Shown: positions 40,820-50,400, counted from the first letter of the stretch. The stretch is 64,000 nt of DNA from Nitrosopumilaceae archaeon (GCA_052389415.1 JBQTHX010000014.1:31862-95861); one strand, 5' to 3'. Translations and numbers: made by a program. Notes: a model not told the origin generated them from the letters alone.

Positions 40820-41497
40820 TTGAAAAAAGCAGTACTAGTTTTCAGTGGCGGTTTGGATTCTGTTTGTGCAGCTGCATATCTACGATCAAAATACGAAATC
40901 TATGGAATTACTTTTTCATATGGTCAGAGAACGAGTCAAGAAATTAGAGCCGCTAAACATTTTGCAAAAATTTTGCATATGAAAGAACATGAAATTATTG
41001 ATATACGATTCATGAAAAAACTTTATGCAAAAACAAATGCACTTACTTATTCTAAGATAGATCTTCCAAAGAAATTTGATTATTCTATAGTTGTACCAAT
41101 ACGAAATGCAGTTTTTCTCTCTATTGCTTCTGCCTGGGCTTTTTCTATTGGTGCCACAGTAGTTGCCTATGGAGCACATAAAGATGATAAACGATATCCT
41201 GATTGTAGACCAGAATTTTCACAAAAGTTGGAGAAGGCATTTAATTCTGGTGAGAAAGATGGAATACAGTTGGATATAAGAAAGAAGATTACAATTTGGA
41301 GTCCCTATAAAGTAGGATTTTCAAAAAGCTATTTGCTAAAAATTGGCTACAAAGACTTGCAGGATGATTTGTTTGATACGTGGAGTTGTTATTCAAATAC
41401 AAAGATTCATTGTGGAAGATGCGAATCTTGTAATAATAGAAAGCTTGCTTTTGATGAAGCTATGATAAATGATGAGACTAGGTATGGAACTCCTTAG
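40820..41497 (+). CDS. queC: 7-cyano-7-deazaguanine synthase
   Basis: SGGLDS, YGQR, VP.RN, YPDCRP, TWSCY, HCG.C.SC. Confidence 0.95.
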   Translation: MKKAVLVFSGGLDSVCAAAYLRSKYEIYGITFSYGQRTSQEIRAAKHFAKILHMKEHEIIDIRFMKKLYAKTNALTYSKIDLPKKFDYSIVVPIRNAVFLSIASAWAFSIGATVVAYGAHKDDKRYPDCRPEFSQKLEKAFNSGEKDGIQLDIRKKITIWSPYKVGFSKSYLLKIGYKDLQDDLFDTWSCYSNTKIHCGRCESCNNRKLAFDEAMINDETRYGTP

Positions 41498-41745
41498 ATT
41501 TTGAGGATTGGTTTTTTGAGAACAAGAGTTCTAATTGGCATGTAATAAACAAGGAACACTCCCCCAACTATGCCCCAGAATATCCAATTAGTCATTTGTT
41601 CATTAAATCCTATTTCTACAAAGTAATTGATTGAGTTCATAGCAATTCCTACTGAAATTCCAACAACGATAAAGAATTCTATGGCATACCATAAAAATTT
41701 AGGAAATGATTCTTCAGGTACATGTACATTATTGTGTACGCCCAT
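41494..41745 (-). CDS. small two-TM membrane protein
   Basis: Two hydrophobic segments, intact ORF. Confidence 0.7.
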   Translation of the reverse strand: MGVHNNVHVPEESFPKFLWYAIEFFIVVGISVGIAMNSINYFVEIGFNEQMTNWIFWGIVGGVFLVYYMPIRTLVLKKPILKI

Positions 41746-41787
41746 ATCAGTCGTGGTTTAGATGTTATTATTTAGTTTTATCAAGTG

Positions 41788-42348
41788 TTAGATTATTTTT
41801 GTCTCAGAGCTATCATTACGAATAAGTGCGATGATATCTGTTCTGGCTTCCTTTTTTTCATAGATTCCTCTGTATGCAATAGAAGTTACTTTAGCATCAT
41901 TTCTAACTCCACGCATTCTCATACAAAGATGTTCGCCTTCTGCTATTACTATAACTCCTTTTACACCTTCAGAGTACAATTCATCAGCAATGTTTTTTGT
42001 TATTCTTTCTTGGATTTGTAGTCTTGCCGAATACTTTTCTACAAGCCTTACTAGTTTTGAAATACCGAAAACTTTACCATTTGGAGAATATGCGATAGCA
42101 ACTTTTCCAAAGAATGGTAACATGTGATGTTCGCACATTGAATAGAATTGGATGTCCTTTGCCATGACAACATCGGAATCTTCAGAAAATTTAACAGATA
42201 ATTCTGATTCTGCCACATAGCCTTTGAAGATTTCTTCATACATGTTTGCTATTCTCTCTGGTGTATCAATCAGGCCCTCTCGATAAGGATCTTCTCCTAT
42301 CTCGGCAATTAACTCTCTAATTAGTCTCTTAACTCTATTTTTGTCCAT
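41788..42348 (-). CDS. folE: GTP cyclohydrolase I
   Basis: REGL.DTP.R, SMCEHH.LPF, SKL.R, LQIQER, HLCM..RG. Confidence 0.96.
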   Translation of the reverse strand: MDKNRVKRLIRELIAEIGEDPYREGLIDTPERIANMYEEIFKGYVAESELSVKFSEDSDVVMAKDIQFYSMCEHHMLPFFGKVAIAYSPNGKVFGISKLVRLVEKYSARLQIQERITKNIADELYSEGVKGVIVIAEGEHLCMRMRGVRNDAKVTSIAYRGIYEKKEARTDIIALIRNDSSETKII

Positions 42349-43061
42349 TATGGTGCTCCTATGAATTTGTGAAGTTGTGGGATTATACGTACTTGATTAT
42401 AATAAGGATAAACAGTATCGTAAAAAGTTAAAAGCTGTTTCAAACTTGGCTCTGCAATTCCATAGCTTGGCTGTATTATAAATCCTGCAATTTGTGATTC
42501 TGAAACAATATTAAAAACTCTTTTTATTAGCTGCTTGAAAGGTTCAAGTTCAGTTTTAGAGCTGACAACAATTTTGATGTATGTAGTTTTATTATAATTG
42601 AGAGCATAGGAAAGACATTGTAATTCATTTTCTAGGAGATCAGGATAATGTTGAATATCTACAAAATCTGAATCAGGGGTCTTGAATTCAATCTTTATGT
42701 AATCGAAATAAGGAAGTATTTCGGCAAATTTTTTTGAATCATAGCAAGATGATTCTATATAAGTTGGAATTTTTTTGGTCTGCACAAATTTTGCAAGTTC
42801 TGATACGGCTTTATGTTGTACTAGTGGATCACCACCGGTAAAATTTACTTTGTATGTGTTTTTTTCTAGGTTTTTTTCAATTAATTGGCATGCTTCATCA
42901 ATAGTATATTCATTTCCAGAATCCATTGGTAGAGAATCTGTTGTATCACAATAGAAACATTTGAACGGACATCCTGCAAGTCTTACAAAAAGGGTTTTAG
43001 TGCCATACAATATTCCTTCTCCTTCCACAGAAGTGAATATTTCAAAAAGTCTAACATTCAA
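42348..43061 (-). CDS. queE: 7-carboxy-7-deazaguanine synthase (radical SAM)
   Basis: EIF.S..GEG, FVRLAGCPFKCFYCDT, TGG.P, PQLHK. Confidence 0.93.
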   Translation of the reverse strand: MNVRLFEIFTSVEGEGILYGTKTLFVRLAGCPFKCFYCDTTDSLPMDSGNEYTIDEACQLIEKNLEKNTYKVNFTGGDPLVQHKAVSELAKFVQTKKIPTYIESSCYDSKKFAEILPYFDYIKIEFKTPDSDFVDIQHYPDLLENELQCLSYALNYNKTTYIKIVVSSKTELEPFKQLIKRVFNIVSESQIAGFIIQPSYGIAEPSLKQLLTFYDTVYPYYNQVRIIPQLHKFIGAP

Positions 43062-43114
43062 GTGTTCGATCTTTAATCTTTCAATATTTATTCAATTGGA
43101 TCTAACTGGAAGAA

Positions 43115-43312
43115 TTAGGTTGAGACTGTCTCTGTTTTTCTAGCGAACAATCCTGAAATGAATATAACAACCCCTAGAATTCCAATTAGACTTCCTACAA
43201 ATTCTATGGTGTCTTTGATATCAATTTGCGTTGGAGCTAATAAGATTGCAAGCATTGCGCCTACAACAATCATTGGAATGCCTATACATACAGAAATTTT
43301 TTTGGAAACCAT
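43115..43312 (-). CDS. small two-TM membrane protein
   Basis: 65 aa, two TM helices. Confidence 0.7.
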   Translation of the reverse strand: MVSKKISVCIGIPMIVVGAMLAILLAPTQIDIKDTIEFVGSLIGILGVVIFISGLFARKTETVST

Positions 43313-43387
43313 GCTGAGTGTAGGTACAAAAAACGTATATGAAGTTTTTGGGTGTAGACTAGAATAAAACGATTTTTGTAAAAATTG

Positions 43388-44665
43388 TCATGATGTTATT
43401 TTTTGTATCATGAGAATTATTTTTTCAATCTCACTTAATGTATTGGATGCTTTATCAGTTGATTTATCAACTTCTAGTTTGGCAGTTTCAAGAAGAGAGA
43501 AACCACGTTTTATCCATTTGATGGCAATCTCATTATCAGAAATTGTTTCAGATAGTTTGTTTAGTTTTTCTTCAAGAGTTTGAATTTTTGTTTTTATTCT
43601 TTCTAGTTTTGAGTCAGCATTATTTACTCTATTTGTCATGCTTGTTGTTTCCGAAGTCGAAGTATCTTCTGTTTCTCCAGTTAGTGCTTCCAAACCATTA
43701 AGGATCTCGTTTATTGAGCTAATTTTATGTAATGCATCTTTCAATTTGTTTTCTAAAACAAATTGTTTTAATTCCACAATCATATTATTTGCAGTTTTTA
43801 TCTTGATTTTGGAATCATCATCATGTAGGATTTCATTCAAATCTTCAATTTTTAACTCAAATTTATGAATAATATTGTTTAATCTGTTAATGGTTGAGGG
43901 TGGAATTTTTTCTTTAATTGTATTGATTTCTCTTGCATAGTCTCCTAATTTTTTCGGATCAGAGATCTTTTGAAGTTTTTCTTTTGCAATTTGAAGGTTA
44001 TCTATAATGTCCTGTGACAAATCAAGAGCCACTGCTTGAGAGATGAGTTTATCTAGATTTTCTATTTGTTTTGCAGCAAAATTTTTCGCTCTATCAGAGG
44101 TCCTTTGTTTTGCTACATCAGAAATAGAAGCATATGCTCCAATGATGAACTGCTTTGCTACTGCTAATGTTTGATTCACTTCATCAAGATTTCCTGATTC
44201 TAGATTTTGTTTTGCTATTTGTATTAGATTATCAAACTCTGTGAAGTCAATTTCAATATTGTTTTTTGTCGCTAGATTTTTAAGTCGATTGGCATCATTT
44301 TCGATCCTAATAATTGCAGTTTTTAATCTAGCTGTATCATCTTCAGTTGGTTGTGAAGTCTCAATTAGGTCACTTGCCTCTCGGAACAGTTTCATTGAAG
44401 TAAGAAAGTGTTGTTTTGCTAAAGCAACATCTGCGTTTAAAACTGATTTTTCAAGCTCGTCAGTTTCAGCAGAAGCTTGCTCATAGAGTGTACTGATTTC
44501 ATTTGGTACAGTCTCAAATTGAGATAGCCTGATCTTAATGTTATCTCTTGCCTGCATTGCAATTCTAAGTAAAGAATCAAGCTGTGCGTCTGCATAAACC
44601 TGTAATGGAGCAGCAACTATCATGCTTGCAACTAATGTTAGTAGAATTATGGCAAATGATTTCAT
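43388..44665 (-). CDS. secreted alpha-helical/coiled-coil protein
   Basis: Start MKSFAIILL (signal peptide ending VYA) overlaps upstream stop as ATGA; amphipathic helical repeats. Confidence 0.75.
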   Translation of the reverse strand: MKSFAIILLTLVASMIVAAPLQVYADAQLDSLLRIAMQARDNIKIRLSQFETVPNEISTLYEQASAETDELEKSVLNADVALAKQHFLTSMKLFREASDLIETSQPTEDDTARLKTAIIRIENDANRLKNLATKNNIEIDFTEFDNLIQIAKQNLESGNLDEVNQTLAVAKQFIIGAYASISDVAKQRTSDRAKNFAAKQIENLDKLISQAVALDLSQDIIDNLQIAKEKLQKISDPKKLGDYAREINTIKEKIPPSTINRLNNIIHKFELKIEDLNEILHDDDSKIKIKTANNMIVELKQFVLENKLKDALHKISSINEILNGLEALTGETEDTSTSETTSMTNRVNNADSKLERIKTKIQTLEEKLNKLSETISDNEIAIKWIKRGFSLLETAKLEVDKSTDKASNTLSEIEKIILMIQKITS

Positions 44666-45891
44666 TCCTGATTTTCCTCCAAAGTCTTTCGTAATTTTAT
44701 AAGATTCTGTTGGTCTATTTTTTCTATTTCTATTATTCCTTCTCTTTCCAGTCTTTTTACTGCACGCCAAGTTGTTGTACGTGGGAGAAGGAATTTTTTT
44801 CGTAACTCACTTTCATAAACTTGACCGCCATTTTCAGAGATATATGATACCATGTCTTTGTCTTCTTGACGTAATTCTGGTTTGAGTCTGAATATCGTTT
44901 CTTTGTCTGCAGGCACAATTTTTTCATTCTTTGGTAATAGGTCAACAGTTTTTTTGATTGCAGATTTCGCTCTTTTTACAAAAAGTGAAATTGTGATTAT
45001 TGCTCCTGCTACTGTACCAATTGTAGCTGCAGTTGTTACAATGGTACCTCCAATAGATGATAGTGGATTATTGTCTGGTTTTGGTTCGTCAATTAAGAGT
45101 GCTGTTTTCTGTTCTTGTACAGCAATGTTCTTTGCTTCATTTGCAAGCACCTCTGCGCTTGAGAATTTGTTTTCATTAAATGCAGAAACTGCTTCTTCAA
45201 GTTTAGCTGATGCAAGAGGTGTTTTAATTTCCTCCTCATTAATACTATAAATAAAATCTCGCGCTTTTTCTATTGCAAGAGTTGCAGTTTGTGTAGTACC
45301 TAAAACTCCAAATACATAGTTAATCTCAGCAGCTCCTTCAGGAAGTGAAATAAGCGATTGCTCATCAACTACTTGCATATTGAGTGGAAAAGCATTCATT
45401 CCTACAATTACAGTATTTTTTGGTAAGAGTACAGAATATTCATATGGTGTATCAATAGAAAACGACCAAATCTTTCCGTTTTTTGTAACTAAATCTGCGG
45501 TATCATAATCGACTTTAACTTGAGAAGCTCCTAATGTCTCAATTACTACATTCTTACCATCAATCTGACTAGAAAGTAATAGGTCATTTTCATCCTGAGC
45601 TATTAGATTATCAACACTAGTTCCAAAAAGTTTCATTGTGAAATCTGGCTCTAATGGATCTACTTCGGTAGAGAAAAAGACATGTGTAGTACCATCTGTA
45701 TCAATCGTAAAATCCAGAACCCTTGATACTCCAAAGGCATAGTGAGGTATGGATGCTATAGCTACTAATGTAAAACATACAGCTATCAGAGGAGCTCGAG
45801 CCATCATTGTCAGGATATTAGTAATCCTTACAAAAATCATTCTTTCTTGCCTTGCATACTCTACCTGGGCTACCTCTAGTTTTTGGTCCAT
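44662..45891 (-). CDS. membrane-anchored winged-helix transcription regulator with extracellular domain
   Basis: Signal peptide, beta-rich external domain, TM, C-terminal wHTH (GGQVYESELR..LPRTTTWRAVKRLEREG); true start probably at MMAR. Confidence 0.75.
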   Translation of the reverse strand: MDQKLEVAQVEYARQERMIFVRITNILTMMARAPLIAVCFTLVAIASIPHYAFGVSRVLDFTIDTDGTTHVFFSTEVDPLEPDFTMKLFGTSVDNLIAQDENDLLLSSQIDGKNVVIETLGASQVKVDYDTADLVTKNGKIWSFSIDTPYEYSVLLPKNTVIVGMNAFPLNMQVVDEQSLISLPEGAAEINYVFGVLGTTQTATLAIEKARDFIYSINEEEIKTPLASAKLEEAVSAFNENKFSSAEVLANEAKNIAVQEQKTALLIDEPKPDNNPLSSIGGTIVTTAATIGTVAGAIITISLFVKRAKSAIKKTVDLLPKNEKIVPADKETIFRLKPELRQEDKDMVSYISENGGQVYESELRKKFLLPRTTTWRAVKRLEREGIIEIEKIDQQNLIKLRKTLEENQE

Positions 45892-45894
45892 TTT

Positions 45895-46182
45895 TTAATA
45901 CCTTAGATTCATTGCTTGGACGAGAGTCTGGAACTTTTGAAATTCTTGAAAGAATTTGATGCCTTTTTCAGTTATCACAAAGAGTCGGTTTCTGTTGTCT
46001 TTCATTGAATCTACTAATCCAGCTTCAATTAGTTTTTGGCACTTGTCAAGCACTGCATAATGTGACAAGTTTGCTCTTCTAGATATAGCAGATACAATCA
46101 CCCCTTGTGTACCACCGTCCATGGTTACACCCAAGATATCGGCAATTATGCCCATTTCTGATCTGTATTGTTGTTTTGACAT
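45895..46182 (-). CDS. small winged helix-turn-helix regulator
   Basis: YRS..GII.DIL, ANLSH, L.EAGL, ITEKG. Confidence 0.88.
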   Translation of the reverse strand: MSKQQYRSEMGIIADILGVTMDGGTQGVIVSAISRRANLSHYAVLDKCQKLIEAGLVDSMKDNRNRLFVITEKGIKFFQEFQKFQTLVQAMNLRY

Positions 46183-46230
46183 GCTATGTTATAGGCTGGA
46201 TAGATAATGAGGGACGCCTTGAAACACCAC

Positions 46231-46251
46231 AGCGGAACGCCTAGCGGAACG
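46231..46251. promoter_or_regulatory. direct repeat AGCGGAACG x2 upstream of wHTH operon
   Basis: Copies at 46231-46239 and 46243-46251, 12-bp period, GC-rich in an AT-rich genome. Confidence 0.45.
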
Positions 46252-46324
46252 GCTGTTCTTGAGGATGGAATGGTCAAAATTTAACAAACTACGAAGCGGG
46301 GGAGGTTATTTTTGCATCTCTAGA

Positions 46325-47311
46325 TTAAACAAATACATGAATGATTAAGGTACTAACAAAGGCTACTGCGGCACTGGCCGGTATAGTTATTATCCAGGCC
46401 CATATGATTTTCTTTCCAATTCCCCATCTTACTGCAGAAACACGCTTTACCGCACCTGCTCCCATGATGGCTCCTGAAATTGCGTGAGTAGTACTTGCAG
46501 GAACTCCAAGATGAGCAAGAACAGCAAGAATGGAGGCTCCGCCTGTTTCTGCAGCAAAACCTTGGTATGGTTTAAGCTGTGTAATTTTTACAGCCATTGT
46601 TTTGACTATCCTCCATCCTCCCAAAAAAGTACCAAGACCGATTGCAGCTGCGGCAATAAGAACAACAAAGAAGGGTACCTCAAAACTAGTAATGATACCT
46701 TCTGTAAGTAGGATTAACGCGATTATTCCCATAGTCTTCTGACCATCATTTGCTCCATGGGTTAAGGAAAAATACGTAGAGGAAACAAGTTGCAGCCTGC
46801 CAAAGACTGAATTTACTGTGCTTGGTCGCCTTTTTGCAAATATAGTGATAAGCAGAGTGGCTAGTAGAAATGCTGTTACAAGACCTACTACAGGAGAAAC
46901 GATAATCCCAATGCCCACCTTTTCTAATCCACCCAAGATTATCGCATGCATTCCAGCCCCTGCAATTCCAGCCCCCAATATACCGCCTATTAGCGCATGA
47001 CTGCTTGATGATGGTAGACCTAGTAACCATGTAATTAGATTCCAGACTATTGCGCCAACAAGTGCTCCGATAACAATGTAAATTGTTACAAAGTCTGGGT
47101 TTATGATCCCCTTTCCTACCGTGGTTGCAACCGCAACCCCAAAAACAAATGGCCCCACAAAGTTGGCAATAGCTGCAAGGGTAACTGCTTGAAGAGGTCG
47201 TAATATTCTTGTACCTACTACAGTTGCAATGGAGTTTGCTGCATCGTGAAAACCATTGATAAAATCAAAAAATAATGCTACAAGAATAGCTCCTATAGCA
47301 AGTTCATACAT
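46325..47311 (-). CDS. pit: PiT family inorganic phosphate transporter
   Basis: NGFHDAANS, PSSSSHA, HGANDGQK, PASTTH. Confidence 0.95.
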   Translation of the reverse strand: MYELAIGAILVALFFDFINGFHDAANSIATVVGTRILRPLQAVTLAAIANFVGPFVFGVAVATTVGKGIINPDFVTIYIVIGALVGAIVWNLITWLLGLPSSSSHALIGGILGAGIAGAGMHAIILGGLEKVGIGIIVSPVVGLVTAFLLATLLITIFAKRRPSTVNSVFGRLQLVSSTYFSLTHGANDGQKTMGIIALILLTEGIITSFEVPFFVVLIAAAAIGLGTFLGGWRIVKTMAVKITQLKPYQGFAAETGGASILAVLAHLGVPASTTHAISGAIMGAGAVKRVSAVRWGIGKKIIWAWIITIPASAAVAFVSTLIIHVFV

Positions 47312-47320
47312 GATGAAAAC

Positions 47321-47953
47321 CTAAGTGTATTTTAGAACAATGTCTTCAATAGAGTCTGCCACATCTTGACACCTATCCGAGGTGGTTTCTAATGCGTCAT
47401 AGATCTCTTTCATTTTTATTATTGTAATTACATCTTTTCCTTCAAATAATTCGCCAACAGCCCTGCGATGAATTTCATCAACTCTGTGCTCTGACTCGCT
47501 GACGTTTCTGCAATGATCAATTATTGATTTGTCTGCTTTAACATTGTTTAATCGTGTAATCATAAAATTGACTTCTTTTGTTGCAACTGTGAGTTCCTTT
47601 GCCATTTCAAGCATATATGGCGGAGAGGTTGTTATTCTAAAATTAATAATTCTTCCAGATATTCCCTCGATATAGTCTAAAATATCGTCTGTTTTTGATG
47701 CAATTCTTGAAATGTCCTCTCTATCTAATGGAGTGATGAAAGTTTTGTTCAATTCTTCGAAAACAGAGTGTGTTAGCTTGTCTGCCTCTCTCTCCAGCTT
47801 CCTGATCTTGGCATGATTTTCCTCTAATTTATCAAAGTTGGCAAATAGATCAGCAAGTAGATTTGCCACCTCTTCTGCCTTGCAAGCAAGATCATTTAAG
47901 ATTCCGAGAATTTCTTTCTCATTGGACTTTAACCAAGACATCCATTGTGGCAT
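47321..47953 (-). CDS. DUF47 PhoU-like phosphate transport regulator
   Basis: E.EAD, FITPLDREDI, E...D.C.D; upstream of pit. Confidence 0.92.
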   Translation of the reverse strand: MPQWMSWLKSNEKEILGILNDLACKAEEVANLLADLFANFDKLEENHAKIRKLEREADKLTHSVFEELNKTFITPLDREDISRIASKTDDILDYIEGISGRIINFRITTSPPYMLEMAKELTVATKEVNFMITRLNNVKADKSIIDHCRNVSESEHRVDEIHRRAVGELFEGKDVITIIKMKEIYDALETTSDRCQDVADSIEDIVLKYT

Positions 47954-47986
47954 GATCTGTGTCTAAAGTACATGGTTAAATCTGTG

Positions 47987-48016
47987 TTCTATATACGACA
48001 AGGGAACTATATAGTT
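47987..48016. promoter_or_regulatory. CTATATA(G) boxes upstream of DUF47-pit operon
   Basis: Perfect palindrome aactatatagtt at 48005-48016 and a second ctatata at 47989-47995. Confidence 0.45.
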
Positions 48017-48183
48017 AACAAAAAATATTGTAAATATCGTGTTAAAAATCGATCTTCTGTAGCTCCACTACAATACCTATACTGCATTATTCTGAAAAAT
48101 TAATGAGTGAAGTTGATAATTATTTGCAATATTTTATGAAAAGAATAAGGTATATTTATCGAATCTAAAATTGGCATCTCATC

Positions 48184-48567
48184 TTGAAAAAGAAAAATCA
48201 TAAAATTGATCTAATTCCAGTAGTTGAAGATATCCTATCTATTGATCCAGCGATGAGATTTGCTGCAATCATAGATCTTAAAGGGAATATTTCAGAATCA
48301 ATTATGAAAGAAGGTAAAACATCGCTAAAATCTCAGAAGGAGGAAGAGCATTTTTGCAAGCAGGTGGCAATAAGAAGAAAAATGCGAAATGAGTTTAATA
48401 AAAGTCTTGGAAAAGTAGATTATGTTCATATTGAACGTGAAAAGGTTACCCAAATTGTAGTGTATCCTAAACGAAAAACGGTCTATGTTACAATGGAGCC
48501 CGATATTGATACAATAAAAAAGTTAAAAATTGTAAAACTAATTAAAGAAAAAACTGAGCATTTATAA
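48184..48567 (+). CDS. thaumarchaeal roadblock/profilin-like fold protein
   Basis: MRFAAIID.KG, LG.V.Y....REKV pattern of a small expanded family. Confidence 0.65.
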   Translation: MKKKNHKIDLIPVVEDILSIDPAMRFAAIIDLKGNISESIMKEGKTSLKSQKEEEHFCKQVAIRRKMRNEFNKSLGKVDYVHIEREKVTQIVVYPKRKTVYVTMEPDIDTIKKLKIVKLIKEKTEHL

Positions 48568-48617
48568 AAATTAAGAAAAAGTAAGGGAAAAATTAGTTTT
48601 TTGGATTGAATTTACTT

Positions 48618-48968
48618 TTATTCGGAAGCAGATTCTGCTGCTTGTGGAGAACCTTCTCCAACTACTTCGGCAGTAGCAAATCGTCCCCCAACTTGGGTGA
48701 CTTTTACTTTAGTGTTCTGTCCTACTTGTCCTCCTTTGACGAATATCACAAAACCGTCTACTCTTGCGATACCGTCTCCTTTTCGACTAATTTCCGTAAT
48801 AGATACATCGTATTCTTTTCCGGTTTCTACTGGTTTTGGTCTGTCATCAAATCGTCTATCGCCGCCAAATCGTCTACCGCCTCCGTAACCTCTATTGCCG
48901 TAGCCTCTATTGCCGCCGTATCCTCGGTTTTCAGAGCCTTCGCCAAAACCGCCTTCGTTATAGCTCAT
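48618..48968 (-). CDS. TRAM-domain RNA-binding protein with RG/YG-rich N-terminus
   Basis: PKPVE.G.EY.V.I...SRKGDGIARV.GFVIFV; SD aggaggtg upstream. Confidence 0.92.
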   Translation of the reverse strand: MSYNEGGFGEGSENRGYGGNRGYGNRGYGGGRRFGGDRRFDDRPKPVETGKEYDVSITEISRKGDGIARVDGFVIFVKGGQVGQNTKVKVTQVGGRFATAEVVGEGSPQAAESASE

Positions 48969-49152
48969 CGTTGCACCTCCTTCTCGGTTATCTTATAAAT
49001 CCTAACCCTATAAAATCTGATCAGCAGATTAATTTTACAATCTGGGAAGTTTAGTTCTAATTTAATAACAAAATTTGCAGTTTTATTTTGAATTATGTCA
49101 ATTCCATAGCTATTATCTTTTTATATATTGTAAATTACACTATTTTATATAA

Positions 49153-49708
49153 TATGTTTGAAAAGTTCAAAAAAAACCTAGATAAATTTAGAGAACTTTC
49201 ATCTGATGAAAACAAAGATGGTAAGGGTAATGTCACTATGGAAAAATTCAATCCTGATGACCCAGTAACAGAGATTGAACAAATAAAAATACCTGAACGT
49301 GTTGAACAAGCTAGTATGAGCCAATCAAGTGACGACATAGGCATTAAATCACTCATGGATAAGAGAGCAAAACTTGAAGAAGCGATAGATTACGTGGGAC
49401 TAATGATAAAAAATCTCAAAGACAAACGCACCAAGCTCGAAAAGAGTATCGAAGATGAATCAGTGGATATTAAGAATCTTAAAGAAAAATTGAACAAAGT
49501 GAGTCAATATATTGATGAAGAAAAACAAGGAATTAGGAACCTATCACAGAAAAGATCAGATGTTGAAAAAGAGGCTGATGATGTGGCCGTAATAATTGAC
49601 AATTTACGTGAAAAACTCTCATCAATTGATCACATAGTAGATGAAGAAGGAAATAAAATAAAGAACTTCAAAGAATCAAAATCTAAAATGGAAAGTACAT
49701 TCAGCTAA
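49153..49708 (+). CDS. coiled-coil protein
   Basis: Long heptad-pattern region; start taken at MFEKF. Confidence 0.7.
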
Positions 49709-50016
49709 AAAGTAAAACCTTCCTTTAACATTGAATTGAGATTTTCTTTTATTTCCTCTACGTCGGATATTGCATTCAGATCACGTATCAAAACTTCTGT
49801 TGCTAAACATTGATTCTTAGTAAATTGATAGTAGCATTCTAATCTTTCTTGATATGTTTTTGATTTATGGAAAGTTATCCAAAAGTTTTCAGATGCATGT
49901 TGGACATAGAGTAAAAATTTGTGCATTGTGTCCTTTACTTTTGGAGAAGAGTTATCTTTCATCAAACCGATCAGGATTTGTTCTAATTTACTTTCCAAGT
50001 TTGACTCGTAAATCAT
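49705..50016 (-). CDS. hypothetical protein
   Basis: 103-aa helical ORF. Confidence 0.6.
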   Translation of the reverse strand: MIYESNLESKLEQILIGLMKDNSSPKVKDTMHKFLLYVQHASENFWITFHKSKTYQERLECYYQFTKNQCLATEVLIRDLNAISDVEEIKENLNSMLKEGFTF

Positions 50017-50197
50017 CTGATAAAGGTCGATTTCTTTTGTTATGCATTTTCTTACCTATGCCTTGTTAAAAATCTTCATACAATAAATTGCAATAAAAGG
50101 CATATTATTACATAGTTTATTCAAATTATTCTATGAATCTTATATTTCAATTATTTTTTTAGAGTAAGATTTAAATAATTTTATCACGTTATAATAT

Positions 50198-50400
50198 TTC
50201 CTATCAAAGGACATCCTCCCAAGATAGGAATCATGCGGATAAAAGCTGCGGACAAGGACCCAAATCCTTTCCGTAAAAGACGAGCCCAAATGAGATGAAA
50301 CATTCCCGTTGGTGTTGACAAAGGTCAACATAGGCTAAATGGATCCATTGGATCCGGTCTGGTGCTTTTGGCGTGTACTACAACACGCTCTGCATGATGA
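50198..50400 (+). ncRNA. candidate ~200-nt multibranched structured RNA
   Basis: At least eight nested helices; G-U pairs all favour the + strand; TATA tttaaata at 50170-50177; T-run at 50403-50407. Confidence 0.6.

Noticed and set aside
40820-43061. queC/folE/queE as a 7-deazaguanine DNA modification (dpd) system
   Set aside because: No dpdA-like transglycosylase or defence genes nearby; archaeosine tRNA modification is the simpler explanation
43388-44770. Track start at 44770 for the helical protein
   Set aside because: Extension overlaps the upstream gene by over 100 nt; ATG at 44665 gives a signal peptide and an ATGA overlap
48850-48925. Short tandem repeats resembling a CRISPR or VNTR array
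   Set aside because: In-frame coding repeats of the TRAM protein tail; no spacers
50140-50331. 63-aa minus-strand ORF from the track
   Set aside because: No recognisable motif; overlaps the structured element whose G-U pairs favour the opposite strand
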